DNA of 59,467 nt, filler included, from 10 parts of 10 records of this genome joined end to end with filler, not necessarily neighbours in it, one strand, 5' to 3'; shown: positions 49,650-59,290, numbered from the whole stretch's first letter. Notes: generated from the letters alone by a model not told the origin. Numbers and translations: made by a program.

Positions 49650-50096
49650 TCAAATGTCCTCGTCGTCCTCATCCCAGTCGTCATACTCAGGATACTGCTC
49701 AGGCGGTTCTCCTTTTGTTCGGATAACTTGCGATTCGTCGATCGATTCATCTAGTTCCTTGAGCACCCGGCACGCGAATCGCCACTCATCGCCAAAATCA
49801 AAGATATAAAGGAATTTCTTATCGCGCTTAAGGCCCGCTTTCCGCAAAGTATAATCACAGGTGTGCCGATAATCGTCTTCATCATACGGCATAGCCATAA
49901 AGTAGCTGTCTACGTGACTCCATATACGGTTATCCATAAAGAATGCGTGCGCATGATCATTCATAAAATCAAAAGCGTTTAGTATTTCATCGCTCAGCTC
50001 CTCCAGTGTGACCTGATCGGAAATTTTAATGTGTCGGTAGCAACCTGCGCCGGCAGATGCAGATATTACAAGGACTTTGGACTTGATTGGCGAAGC
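49650..50096 (-). CDS. pRiA4b ORF-3-like domain; no nearby start, probably fused to TnpC
   Basis: YRHI.I....TLEEL...IL.AFDF.NDH.HAF and FLYIFDFGDEWRF motifs; its stop codon lies inside the IS66 terminal repeat. Confidence 0.8.
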   Translation of the reverse strand, partial: ASPIKSKVLVISASAGAGCYRHIKISDQVTLEELSDEILNAFDFMNDHAHAFFMDNRIWSHVDSYFMAMPYDEDDYRHTCDYTLRKAGLKRDKKFLYIFDFGDEWRFACRVLKELDESIDESQVIRTKGEPPEQYPEYDDWDEDDEDI

Positions 50097-51633
50097 TTTT
50101 TGGCAGCAATTCCTCAACAAGTGCTGGATCACACATATCCATCTCCGGCGAAGCCTTAAGCACCCAGACCAAATAATCATATGGATTGATACCGTTTTCC
50201 TTTGTTGTCTCAATTAGGCTGTACAAGATCGCGCTAGCCTTTGCACCGCGCGCAGTGTTCGCAAATAAGAAGTTCTTTCGCCCAATTATAAACGGCTTTA
50301 TGCTTCGTTCCGCTCGGTTATTGCTAATCTCCAAACGCCCATCTAGTAGATATCTACGCAGGTATTTCTGCTGGTTTATAGCGTATTGCACCGCTTTGCC
50401 GTATGCTGATTTCCCGGAAGCGTTCTGTGTTCGCAGCCATTGAAAGAACTCTTGCGCGATAGGTGCAGATTGCTCCTGCCGTTTCAGATAGCGTTCATCT
50501 GCGGAAAGGTCAGCAAAACTGCGCTCCAACGCAAACAGCTTGTCGCAGTACTGTTTTGCACGTAACGCCAAAGAACCGGCTCGCGCCTTTTCGGGTAAAC
50601 CTTTCTGCGCCTCGTCAAATTTTCGCCGGGCATGTGCCCAGCAGCCAACCACCGTGATTTCATGCTGCAGCCGATGGTAACCCGAATAGCCATCCGCATG
50701 CAGATAGCCTTTGAAATTTGCTAAGAAATCTTTTGGACGCTGCGCTTTTCGATCCGGCTGGTATTCGTACAACACAATCGTCTGTTTTGCATCCCCGCTC
50801 GTTCGATACAGCCACATAAAGCTCTTGCTCTGCGGTTTCTTGCCTTCTTCGTGCAGCACCTGCAGCGTAGTTTCATCCGCATGGAGCACTTCGCGCTGTA
50901 AAAGCTGGTCGCGCAGCTTGTCGTATATGGGAACCAGATAATTCTCTGTACACTTAAGCAGCCAGTTAGACATTGTTTGCCGGGAAAGCGGAATACCGTT
51001 TCGCTTCCAATCCTGCTCCTGTCGATACAACGGCACACTCATTACAAACTTCTGTGTTATGAGATGCGCTACCGCCTCTGCTGATGCAATACTTCCCTTG
51101 ATTAACGGCGTATCCGTTTTGGCTTTGACAATCGGTACACTGCACGCGTTCTTTTCGCAGTCTCGGCAACCATAGGTATACTGAATATGTCGCTCGATCA
51201 CTGCCTTTGCCGGAATCAGTTTCAACGTTTCGCGTACGTTTTTCCCAATCACGTGAAGCGGTTCAGCGCATTGCGGACACGACTGCTCTTCCTCGGGTAG
51301 CGTATGCTCAATGATTTCTACCGGCAGATCCTCGGGCAGTCTTTCCTTGCACTGCGCCGCTTTCTTTCGGTAATGTGTCTTTACCTCGCTAACTTGTGGT
51401 TCCGGCACGTTTCCGTCAGCGTATACTTCTACTTCGTCGAACAGGCTCAACTGATCGTATTCGCTCTTCTCACTGGAGCTGCCGAACTGCTTACGACGCG
51501 CCAACCGCATTTGTTCCATAAGAAAATCGACCCGCTGCTGCAACTCGTTATTTTGTTGTTTTAATGCGTGAAATTCATTGGATAATGCCTGAAATTTCTC
51601 GTATTCAGTCTTTGAAATAGTGACGGTTTCCAT
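50026..51633 (-). CDS. tnpC: IS66 transposase TnpC
   Basis: FGSSSEK, CPQC/CRDC zinc finger, LHADET, LHADGYSGY, CWAHARRKF and ISNNRAERSIK. Confidence 0.96.
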   Translation of the reverse strand: METVTISKTEYEKFQALSNEFHALKQQNNELQQRVDFLMEQMRLARRKQFGSSSEKSEYDQLSLFDEVEVYADGNVPEPQVSEVKTHYRKKAAQCKERLPEDLPVEIIEHTLPEEEQSCPQCAEPLHVIGKNVRETLKLIPAKAVIERHIQYTYGCRDCEKNACSVPIVKAKTDTPLIKGSIASAEAVAHLITQKFVMSVPLYRQEQDWKRNGIPLSRQTMSNWLLKCTENYLVPIYDKLRDQLLQREVLHADETTLQVLHEEGKKPQSKSFMWLYRTSGDAKQTIVLYEYQPDRKAQRPKDFLANFKGYLHADGYSGYHRLQHEITVVGCWAHARRKFDEAQKGLPEKARAGSLALRAKQYCDKLFALERSFADLSADERYLKRQEQSAPIAQEFFQWLRTQNASGKSAYGKAVQYAINQQKYLRRYLLDGRLEISNNRAERSIKPFIIGRKNFLFANTARGAKASAILYSLIETTKENGINPYDYLVWVLKASPEMDMCDPALVEELLPKSFANQVQSPCNICICRRRLLPTH

Positions 51634-51711
51634 ACATACATTATACCATGTTTCGAGCTGCAATTACATTAAAAAGCGCCGTAAAATCAGGCGAATCAGC
51701 ACTTTTTCACG

Positions 51712-52068
51712 TTATCCAAACGCCATGCTTTCACACTGTTTTACTGCCTTTGGCTGCGCGATCGAGAGCCCTTCCATGAGCCATCTGTACTGCTGCTGTG
51801 TGATGTGCTTTGCCTGCTCCGTTGATCGCGGCCATTGGAAGCTGCCGCGCTCCAGGCGCTTATACAGCAGCACGAATCCATCGCCTTCCCAATAAAGCGC
51901 TTTAATTCGGTCGCATCGTCTGCCGCAGAACAAGAACAAGCTGTTGCTGAACGGATCCAGTTCGAAGCTCTTCTGTACAATCAGCGCCAGCCCGTCAATC
52001 GACTTTCTTAGATCGGTATATCCGCAGGCGATGTAGATGCGCTCTGCGCCGATGAAGTCGCTTAGCAT
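51712..52068 (-). CDS. tnpB: IS66 accessory protein TnpB
   Basis: TDLRKSIDGL, FLFCGRR.DRIK.LYWEGDGF.LLYKRLE.G.F.WP. Confidence 0.96.
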   Translation of the reverse strand: MLSDFIGAERIYIACGYTDLRKSIDGLALIVQKSFELDPFSNSLFLFCGRRCDRIKALYWEGDGFVLLYKRLERGSFQWPRSTEQAKHITQQQYRWLMEGLSIAQPKAVKQCESMAFG

Positions 52069-52430
52069 ATCTTCGAAAGTGCTCGGAGCGCTGTTTCAAT
52101 GGCTTCAGCATCTGCGCCGTTATGGATTTGTATTTCGGCGCCGCCGAGTTGCACGGTGACTGCGGCACCTGCGCTTCGTCGAATTGGCGTAACTTCAGTA
52201 AACACGGGCTGTTCTATTTCTTGGGACAGCGGTAATTTGACTGGTTTCGTTTCTTTTGGAATGGCTTCGCATACGCGTTTGAGTCGATAGTAATATGTCT
52301 TTTTGTTGATTCCGTGTTCAGCGCACCATGCCGATACGGTCATTCCGCTGTTTCGGCATTGGCTGACCATCTGCGCCCATTCGTTGAGTCGTCCTGATTT
52401 GTTCAGTTTCTGTATATCCATTGTTTTCAT
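52062..52430 (-). CDS. tnpA: IS66 accessory protein TnpA (HTH)
   Basis: W...V..CR.SG.TV.AWC.E.GI...TYYY; overlaps tnpB. Confidence 0.92.
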   Translation of the reverse strand: MKTMDIQKLNKSGRLNEWAQMVSQCRNSGMTVSAWCAEHGINKKTYYYRLKRVCEAIPKETKPVKLPLSQEIEQPVFTEVTPIRRSAGAAVTVQLGGAEIQIHNGADAEAIETALRALSKIC

Positions 52431-52766
52431 ACTCCAGTTCTGTCTTGAGGTCTTTCAAGGTGCCTTGAGGTGCCTCAAGTCTTCTTTGGAGTTATTTTCT
52501 CATGTTGGATACTGCGCTGTACAGGTGTCGGTTCGTTTGACGCTTACGATCGGACAGATAAATCCATCCGGCCAACGTAGTTCAAACAGAAATTCTCTGC
52601 ATTCTTCTTCGCTGTTTAACCGCTCTTGTATTTCCATAAAACTTATGCTTTTTTGCTGTGCCATAGCTTTTTTTCGCCCTTTCCGTAACTATGGCTCCAT
52701 TCTATACTACGAATTGTCCTATTTTATGGGCTTCTCTCTTCTGCGCTAAACTAATAGCCTAGATAA

Positions 52767-53090
52767 TTAATACACTACCACTCCATCCCTTGCTCTTCTA
52801 ATCTCTTCATCAGACCACTTTCTTGCCCATATCACTCTGTTTTTTCTTATGAAGTAGTGTGACCTACACTTATATGACCAATTACCGATAGACGGTGAAA
52901 GCGAGATGCTAAGTCCATCATATATCATTTTCCACTGATTGGGCGCTAGCGGAAGTGCAACTTTTTCGTTGCACCCACAGGCACATTTGTGAACAGTAAT
53001 ATTATACTGCAAACAAATATATAGCGTGTTCCTTTTAATTTTCTCAGGCACTCTCTCTACGAAGATGTGCTTAAACTTTCTTGTCCTCAT
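52767..53090 (-). CDS. DUF6527-like Cys/His-rich protein
   Basis: FVE..P, LYI, HKCACGC, W......SLSPSIGNW...CRSHYFI...V.W; overlaps the ThiF stop by 20 nt. Confidence 0.85.
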   Translation of the reverse strand: MRTRKFKHIFVERVPEKIKRNTLYICLQYNITVHKCACGCNEKVALPLAPNQWKMIYDGLSISLSPSIGNWSYKCRSHYFIRKNRVIWARKWSDEEIRRARDGVVVY

Positions 53091-53974
53091 TGATAAACTC
53101 TCCCATACTTATTTCATATACTGAATGGTAACAGCCAGCATCGTCCCTGTAAAACCCATTTAGTTGCTTCCACTTAATAACTGCCATTATAGCATTAAGT
53201 GCATTAATCTCAGCTATCTGAATATTAGACGCATATATATCCTCGTTTGAGGCTTGCTGAGAAATCCGCACTTCTACATGATCATTCTTATCAGGTGTAA
53301 CAAGCGTCGTTCGTGCAGCTCCAGATAAGTAATCTCCAATATCATTTAATCCTATCCCACAATCAATAAATGGTATCTTATACTCTATCAGCTTGTTTAT
53401 GATAATTGTTTTGCTGTCTCCAGCGTCAATGCAGATGAAAACGAAATCCAAGTCCCGCAGTAAATCACAGTTACTATCATCAACATATTCATCATGGGCT
53501 ATAATACCTTCCTTCATATTAGAGTAAATATCAGAAAAGTAATCAACTTTACTCATCCTTTTCTCAAGTACACTTTTCTCTGGTGCGCCCGGAGCTCGAA
53601 AAGCATTATGCTGATTGAACTCATCGCCGTCAAACAAGTGAATCGTCGAAACCGGTGTTTTTGCCATGAACTCAAGCAGATATGCGCCAGTTCCTCCTAA
53701 CCCTATAATGCCAATATTCTGTTTCTCCAGCTTCTCAGATATTGCTCCTATAGTTGCTCGTCCCGTATTAGTATCGCAGTACTTAAATGGCAAATCCTCC
53801 GTTGACTCTATATACTCGTGTGTGACACTCGTTACATCCGGATTAATGAACTTTGCCTGTGAGGATATTATGCCTGAATACTGCGCAAACTTATCATAAA
53901 AATTCGCATATCCTCCGCTCTTTGGCTTGCTCGAAAATGAGTGGCTCGCTACCAACCCATGCCCGAAATCCTTT
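53071..53974 (-). CDS. ThiF/E1-like adenylyltransferase with an N-terminal extra domain (DUF6791-like), 5'-truncated
   Basis: IIGLGGTG nucleotide loop, FDGD...HNAFR, SKVDY, FVFICID and NIQIAE.NALNA; preceded by SFSSKP...Y..FY.K...Y..IIS. Confidence 0.9.
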
Positions 53975-54074
53975 NNNNNNNNNNNNNNNNNNNNNNNNNN
54001 NNNNNNNNNNNNNNNNNNTTAATTAATTAANNNNNNNNNNNNNNNNNNNNNNNNNNNNNNNNNNNNNNNNNNNN
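53975..54074. other. Artificial contig spacer
   Basis: N44-TTAATTAATTAA-N44. Confidence 0.99.
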
Positions 54075-54746
54075 TTTGACGAACCCCTCTCCAACTTGGA
54101 TGCCAAGCTGCGAATCCAGATGCGGGCCGAGATCAAGCTGCTTCATCAACGGGTGGATTCCACCATTATATATGTGACCCATGATCAGGTGGAAGCCATG
54201 ACCCTGGCCGATCGTATCGTGGTGTTGAGAGACGGCTACATTGAGCAGGTGGGGACCCCCATGGCACTTTTCTCCACACCGGCCAACACCTTTGTGGCCG
54301 GATTTATCGGGACGCCTCCCATGAATTTGATCAATGCACTCATCGCCAAGAAAGACAATGGGACTTTTCTGAAGTTTGAGGGAGGGCTTGAAATTCCCAT
54401 TCCGGTAAAAAAGGGTGAACAAAAAGAAAAGAGGGAAGAAGGAGAAAAGGGGCGGGAACTTCCATTCAGGGATGGACAGGCCGTCGTCATGGGACTTCGA
54501 ACCGAAGAGATCACTCCGGCGGATATGGCTTCGGAAATTCCCGACGAATGGCAATTCTCCGGTGTGGTGGAGGTGGTTGAACCATTAGGGAACGAGACCC
54601 ATGTTCATGTCAACATGAACGGCGAGAAAATGATCGCCAGAAGTGACGGCAAACGATCGATCCGGCATGGGGATCGCCTCTCTTTTGCTCTCAATCTCAA
54701 TCAGATGCATGTCTTTGACGCCGAAACGACCAAGAACATTTATTAA
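54075..54746 (+). CDS. MalK/UgpC-type sugar ABC transporter ATPase, C-terminal part
   Basis: [37 protein letters not shown] and a TOBE tail. Confidence 0.95.
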   Translation, partial: FDEPLSNLDAKLRIQMRAEIKLLHQRVDSTIIYVTHDQVEAMTLADRIVVLRDGYIEQVGTPMALFSTPANTFVAGFIGTPPMNLINALIAKKDNGTFLKFEGGLEIPIPVKKGEQKEKREEGEKGRELPFRDGQAVVMGLRTEEITPADMASEIPDEWQFSGVVEVVEPLGNETHVHVNMNGEKMIARSDGKRSIRHGDRLSFALNLNQMHVFDAETTKNIY

Positions 54747-54765
54747 TTTTTCAGAGGAGTGAATC

Positions 54766-56625
54766 GTGAATCCCTTTGGCACCAGCAGAGTGGACAGTCC
54801 GTTTCAAAAGCATGCGGATTTGAGATCTCTTTTTTCAGAGCAGTTCCTGCGGCTGAAATCACTTGTCCAGGAAATTGCCGCCGATCCCAACCATCAATCC
54901 AGAGGCGTGGTGTTATCGGGAAATCCCGGATCCGGGAAAACCCATCTCATCATGCGCCTTGCCGGAGAGATGATCAATGCAAATCGTATTCTCTTTATCC
55001 GGCAACCCAACAATCCCGAAGCCATTTTTTATCACATCTACTCCCGGATGCTGGAATCCCTTGTGGAACGGGTGCCGGGAACCGAATATACCCAGATTCA
55101 GTATTTGCTTGCCAAAAGTTTTTCCAGCATCATCATTAACGAGATCCGGAAACTGGAACACCCCAGTGAAAACATGAGATCCATGGATGCGCTGCTCTCT
55201 CAAAGTCATCTCAATATTTATCGGGGACTGGGAGGAGACGATACCGAGACCCGTCGGAAAAATTGGCGCTTCATCGAAAAGAGGACACTGGAGTGGTGGG
55301 GAAACACCCACGGATTCGGCGGAGAAGGATCGGCCATTGTCAAAGCGCTGATCAAGTATTGCTCATATTCCGATATTGGCCGGCGGGAGATTATCCGCAA
55401 GTGGCTGACCGGAAACGAATTGTCGGAAACTGAGCTTCGGAGTACGGGGTTCGAAAATCGCGTCGAGCCTATGGATTCCATGGGGCTGGAGGCATTTGCC
55501 GTTGAGGCCATTCGGGTACTTGGTAAACTCTCCATCGAAGATGAACCGCTGATTGTGGTGTTTGATCAGCTGGAAGGGCTGAAATACAATGAAGAGCTTT
55601 TGATCAATTTCGGCGAAGCGGTAAAGGAACTCTTCACCCATATTCCCAACACCTTGATGATCTTCAATCTCTTTCCAGAAAGATGGGAAGCCTATTCCGC
55701 CATTTTCGATCCATCCGTGGTGGAGCGGATTTCCCAAAACAGCGTCTTTTTGAATACCCCTTCAAGGAGTGAAATGCGGGAAATTCTCCAATGCCGGGCC
55801 AAAGAAGCCTCTCTGGATCTCACCAGGCTCTTCACCCCCGACGAGCTGGAGAAGATCGTCAGTGGAGAGAGCATCCGGACGGTGCTGAACAATGCATCGG
55901 ATTACTATCGTCTGAAAAAGGATAATATTCCTCTACCGCAACCCTTGAGTTCATTCAAAGATCGGATTCTTCTTGAGATTCGTCATCTCAAGGAAGAGAT
56001 ATCATGGCTCAAAAAGCATCTGGATCTCTCCATACCGGCATTCCAGGAAACCGGGCAGACTGAAAAAATATCTAAAATTCTAAATGATTATTCGGAGTCA
56101 GCCGAGAAAGAGTATGAGGAAATGCTGCTGATCAGCGATGCCGATGACGCCGGTAAACTCCAGGTGATGCTGCGAGCCATGGGAAAAGGCACCCAGCTCA
56201 AAGCCGGACCCATGAAAAAGGGCCGCAAAGCCGTACCGGAAAACGTGATGGTACGAACCGGCAGCGGCAGGACGACAGTAACGGGCTTTTTGCATATCAG
56301 GGGCAATGCATTCACCAGTCGATTGAAGAATTTCAATGAATTGACAGAGAGCCATCCGGACACCTTTTTTCAGCTGATCCGAGATGCGCGTCAGGAAAAG
56401 ATCACCGCCAAAGTGGCCATGCAGGAGATGATTCGTCTCAACAACCGTGACAACGGCACGTTTGTGAGCATGGATCGGGATAATCGAATTCTGTTTGAAT
56501 CCCTGTATCGTCTCATCACGGACATTCAAAACCGGGATATTGATATGGATCTTCAAGATGCCGTCAAGGTGATCAAAAAACTCCATCAAGATTACTGGCT
56601 GATCCGGTTGCTTGAGAAGAATTAA
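54766..56625 (+). CDS. Uncharacterised P-loop (AAA+-like) ATPase, 619 aa
   Basis: Walker A GNPGSGKT, Walker B IVVFDQLE after a long helical insert, candidate arginine finger VVERI; GAGGAG RBS. Confidence 0.85.
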   Translation: MNPFGTSRVDSPFQKHADLRSLFSEQFLRLKSLVQEIAADPNHQSRGVVLSGNPGSGKTHLIMRLAGEMINANRILFIRQPNNPEAIFYHIYSRMLESLVERVPGTEYTQIQYLLAKSFSSIIINEIRKLEHPSENMRSMDALLSQSHLNIYRGLGGDDTETRRKNWRFIEKRTLEWWGNTHGFGGEGSAIVKALIKYCSYSDIGRREIIRKWLTGNELSETELRSTGFENRVEPMDSMGLEAFAVEAIRVLGKLSIEDEPLIVVFDQLEGLKYNEELLINFGEAVKELFTHIPNTLMIFNLFPERWEAYSAIFDPSVVERISQNSVFLNTPSRSEMREILQCRAKEASLDLTRLFTPDELEKIVSGESIRTVLNNASDYYRLKKDNIPLPQPLSSFKDRILLEIRHLKEEISWLKKHLDLSIPAFQETGQTEKISKILNDYSESAEKEYEEMLLISDADDAGKLQVMLRAMGKGTQLKAGPMKKGRKAVPENVMVRTGSGRTTVTGFLHIRGNAFTSRLKNFNELTESHPDTFFQLIRDARQEKITAKVAMQEMIRLNNRDNGTFVSMDRDNRILFESLYRLITDIQNRDIDMDLQDAVKVIKKLHQDYWLIRLLEKN

Positions 56626-57416
56626 AAATAGGGCTCGATATCAATGGTGTGTGACTTTACCGCATCAATGTCCGCAAGTGTGGATTCAATGCGTTCCCGA
56701 ATGTCATCCCTCTGCTCTTTCGGCACTTTGACCGTTACCGTTACATTGCCGTCTTTGGCAGATACTTTGGCATTGGGAAAATCGAATAGGGCATACCGTA
56801 CGATATGGGAGAGCCCCAAATCGGCACACTTCTGCCGTGACCCATCCGTTTCCTGAAATACGGGAGTCTGAACCGTTTTGGCAATGATATCCACCGCGTC
56901 ATCCACCGACAAATGTCCGATACGAATCACCAGATTGTGCTGCTCTGAATCCTGAATATCGATGCCGTACAGATACATGCCCCATTTTCTCCGCTCTTCG
57001 TCGTCGTTTTTCAGCATCGTTCTCGCCTTGTCCGCAGAGATTCCCCAACGGGCCATCTCTTCGGCGACGCGGGTTTCAGTGTCGGCAACGATGCGTACTT
57101 TCAAGACATGTGAAATGTTTTGCACAAAGTGGTGACCGGCTAATCCGTGATAGATGCAATTCCCGGCCATGAATCGTTCCAGAAGTGCCGCCTCCATGGC
57201 CGAAACAAACCTGTTTTTTCCATTGGGGATACTATCCAGAACGGAAAACGCATCTTTCAAGTTTCTGACCAACTTTACTTCTTCAAAGTGAAATTCTTCC
57301 AGACTGTCTATGATTTCATCACGGGAAATACAGGTGTATCCCAATTTTCCGGCTAATTTTTCCGCGACGGCTTTCCCCTTTGTATAACTTCCTCTTGAGA
57401 TTGTAATGATCGGCAT
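56622..57416 (-). CDS. Cytidylate kinase-like family protein with C-terminal extension
   Basis: IITISRGSY..G..VAE.LA..LGY, VRIVA...R and D.ERR.W...YG. Confidence 0.85.
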   Translation of the reverse strand: MPIITISRGSYTKGKAVAEKLAGKLGYTCISRDEIIDSLEEFHFEEVKLVRNLKDAFSVLDSIPNGKNRFVSAMEAALLERFMAGNCIYHGLAGHHFVQNISHVLKVRIVADTETRVAEEMARWGISADKARTMLKNDDEERRKWGMYLYGIDIQDSEQHNLVIRIGHLSVDDAVDIIAKTVQTPVFQETDGSRQKCADLGLSHIVRYALFDFPNAKVSAKDGNVTVTVKVPKEQRDDIRERIESTLADIDAVKSHTIDIEPYF

Positions 57417-57479
57417 GAGTCACTCCTTTTTAGTTACTGTTTTAAAAAATTTCAAACGATTTCGAACCCATCATATTTT

Positions 57480-59290
57480 TCAGAGCCCACTTGTATCGCT
57501 TAATTCTCTCAAGGCTTCAAGTTGAGGACGCAATGTGTATTTACGGGTATGCTGTTTGATCAGTTCTTCGAGATAGTTGGGCCATACGTCGGCTTTCCCG
57601 GCAAACAGTGCGATCTTTCCGGCTTTCTCGATCCATCGAACGGAATGGTGATAGTATTTTGATTTTCCCGCATTCATATAGGGTTCCGCCTGTTTTTTAC
57701 ACTGTTCAATGGCCCAATCGGGAAACGCTTTGTAGACGGCATCGACCACAGTGCCAATCAAGTCGTATCCCCAGTATCCTCCGCTATCGATGGTCTCAAT
57801 GACCTCTTTATGCATCCCCTCATGGAGATAGATGGCAATGGCGCTATCCTTAAAGAGGGCGCTCTCCAGTTGGTCCAGCATTCGGGGCTTGAGAGTGCTC
57901 CATTGGCTCCCGGAAAGAGAGGCCAACACTTGATAATCTTTTAGCTCTTTGGACTCTTCGAATGCTGCTTGGGCAGCGGTTAAAGCAAGATCTTCCCGAG
58001 ATTCCTTTTTTGCTTTATCACATAACCAGCGGGCCACATGCCTTGATATCCCATCAAGCGTCAAACCGTGTTCGGCAAGCTTGAAGGCGTCATCGACTTG
58101 TCCTTTTTCATAGAGTACCTGGGGGATCCCTTCCATGTCTTCCACGTCAACGCTATGCTCTATCGCATAGGATACCGCTTCACTACATCGATTCTGCCCA
58201 ACCAAAATGCTCAAATATGAAGCCACATGCCCTTCTGTTTTTGCCAGATTAAGGCATTCCCGTATTCGCCCCTGCCGTTTGAGGACTTCAAGACGCGCAT
58301 AGGTCAATTCATCGGCATATTCCGGAGGGTTTCCGTCCCAAAGCTCTCCTGCATTCTCATCGCCTTGGAGTATCGGGACAAGCGGTGGATAATCCCATCC
58401 CTGCTCGAGTGCGACCCGCGGAGCCGCAAATAGATCTGTATATCCATATTCATAGACGGTACGATCCCAATTTTCCAACTTTTCTTCCCAGGCACGTTTT
58501 TCATCTTTTGGGAGATCGATCATAAAAAGTGCTTCCGTTAAAAATGGAATGGCGTCATAAGACAATTCATCAATCATTCCGTCAAAATCGTATAGCAAAG
58601 ACTCTTCAATAAAAGGGGTTAATATGGCGTCTATTGTCAGCAACGCATTCATTCCGTCGTTTGCCTCCAGCAGTGGCGGCACTTGCTCGAGCAATTCGTT
58701 TAGACCTTCTGAGATTTCATGCTCAAACGCATGATCGTAATAGTCGTCATGATCGACATATCTGAATAGTCTTTGCGTTTGGCGTTTGATGGATGACGTA
58801 TTGATTGACGCTTTTTTAATTTCTGACGCGCTGGATGCGGGGATTTGGAGGATGACTCTGTCTTGTTTAGGCTTTTTCCAAGGGCTGGGATCATTTTTTC
58901 AACCTGCTTTATCAATGGGGGGTGAGCAGTTAGAAGCTGAATCAAAATTTTTCTCAACGCCTCTTCATCAAGCCCGAAAAGCAGTTCATCAGGAGCGGCG
59001 AGTTCAATAAATTGTTCGGGTTCCTCCACATAGTTGAGCAGTGTCGCCACCGTATGTTTGCAGATACCGCCCCAATCGTAAGGGCAGCTGCAGAATGTGG
59101 ATTTGATCTCGTCTTCACCCAACTCGATCTTCACCCGGTACATATCGTAATCACTTCCCTCTACCTCAGCAGTGATCACGTTGCCGCGTTTTTCCATATT
59201 TTGAACATAGCCGTCTTCAAGACAATCATATCCCCGATCATAGGATTTACCGGTTGCCAGCGTTTTAATATCGGATTTTGTAATGCTCAT
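57480..59290 (-). CDS. SWIM zinc finger protein, split by an apparent frameshift around 58830-58880
   Basis: N-terminal part has RG......V, V.GS...Y.V and CSCPYDWGGICKH. The downstream frame is open upstream of the 404-aa ORF (SIKRQTQRLFRY...), so one added base joins them. Confidence 0.85.

Larger units (their letters stand above)
49643..52547 (-). mobile_element. IS66-family insertion sequence (2905 bp) with an extra passenger domain
   Basis: Terminal inverted repeats GTAAGCGTCAAA / TTTGACGCTTAC; 8-bp target duplication GATCGGAC at 49635-49642 and 52548-52555; tnpA-tnpB-tnpC order. Confidence 0.97.
48855..52664 (-). pseudogene. IS1595-family DDE transposase interrupted by IS66 (parts 52664-52548 and 49634-48855)
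   Basis: Removing the IS66 and one target copy restores a 298-aa frame: MAQQKS...RWPDGFICPI|CGC...CKNCKHQTSVTAGT...VEFDDTY...ESDAY...KHLQSYLDEFCYRFNRR. Confidence 0.95.
48847..52762 (-). mobile_element. IS1595-family insertion sequence (1003 bp without the nested IS66)
   Basis: Terminal inverted repeats CTAGGCTATTA (48847-48857) and TAATAGCCTAG (52752-52762); 8-bp target duplication ATAATTAA at 48839-48846 and 52763-52770. Confidence 0.93.

Noticed and set aside
51712-52068. IS66 tnpB as an RNA-guided TnpB nuclease
   Set aside because: Name overlap only: this is the 118-aa IS66 accessory protein with no RuvC motifs.
6074-54074. TTAATTAATTAA recurring every 5-8 kb as a biological repeat or array
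   Set aside because: Always centred in exactly 100 nt of N padding with stops in all six frames; it is an assembly linker.
53071-56625. A single defence island joining the ThiF/DUF6527 operon with the orphan ATPase and SWIM protein
   Set aside because: A spacer at 53975-54074 separates them and their base composition differs, so they are different contigs.
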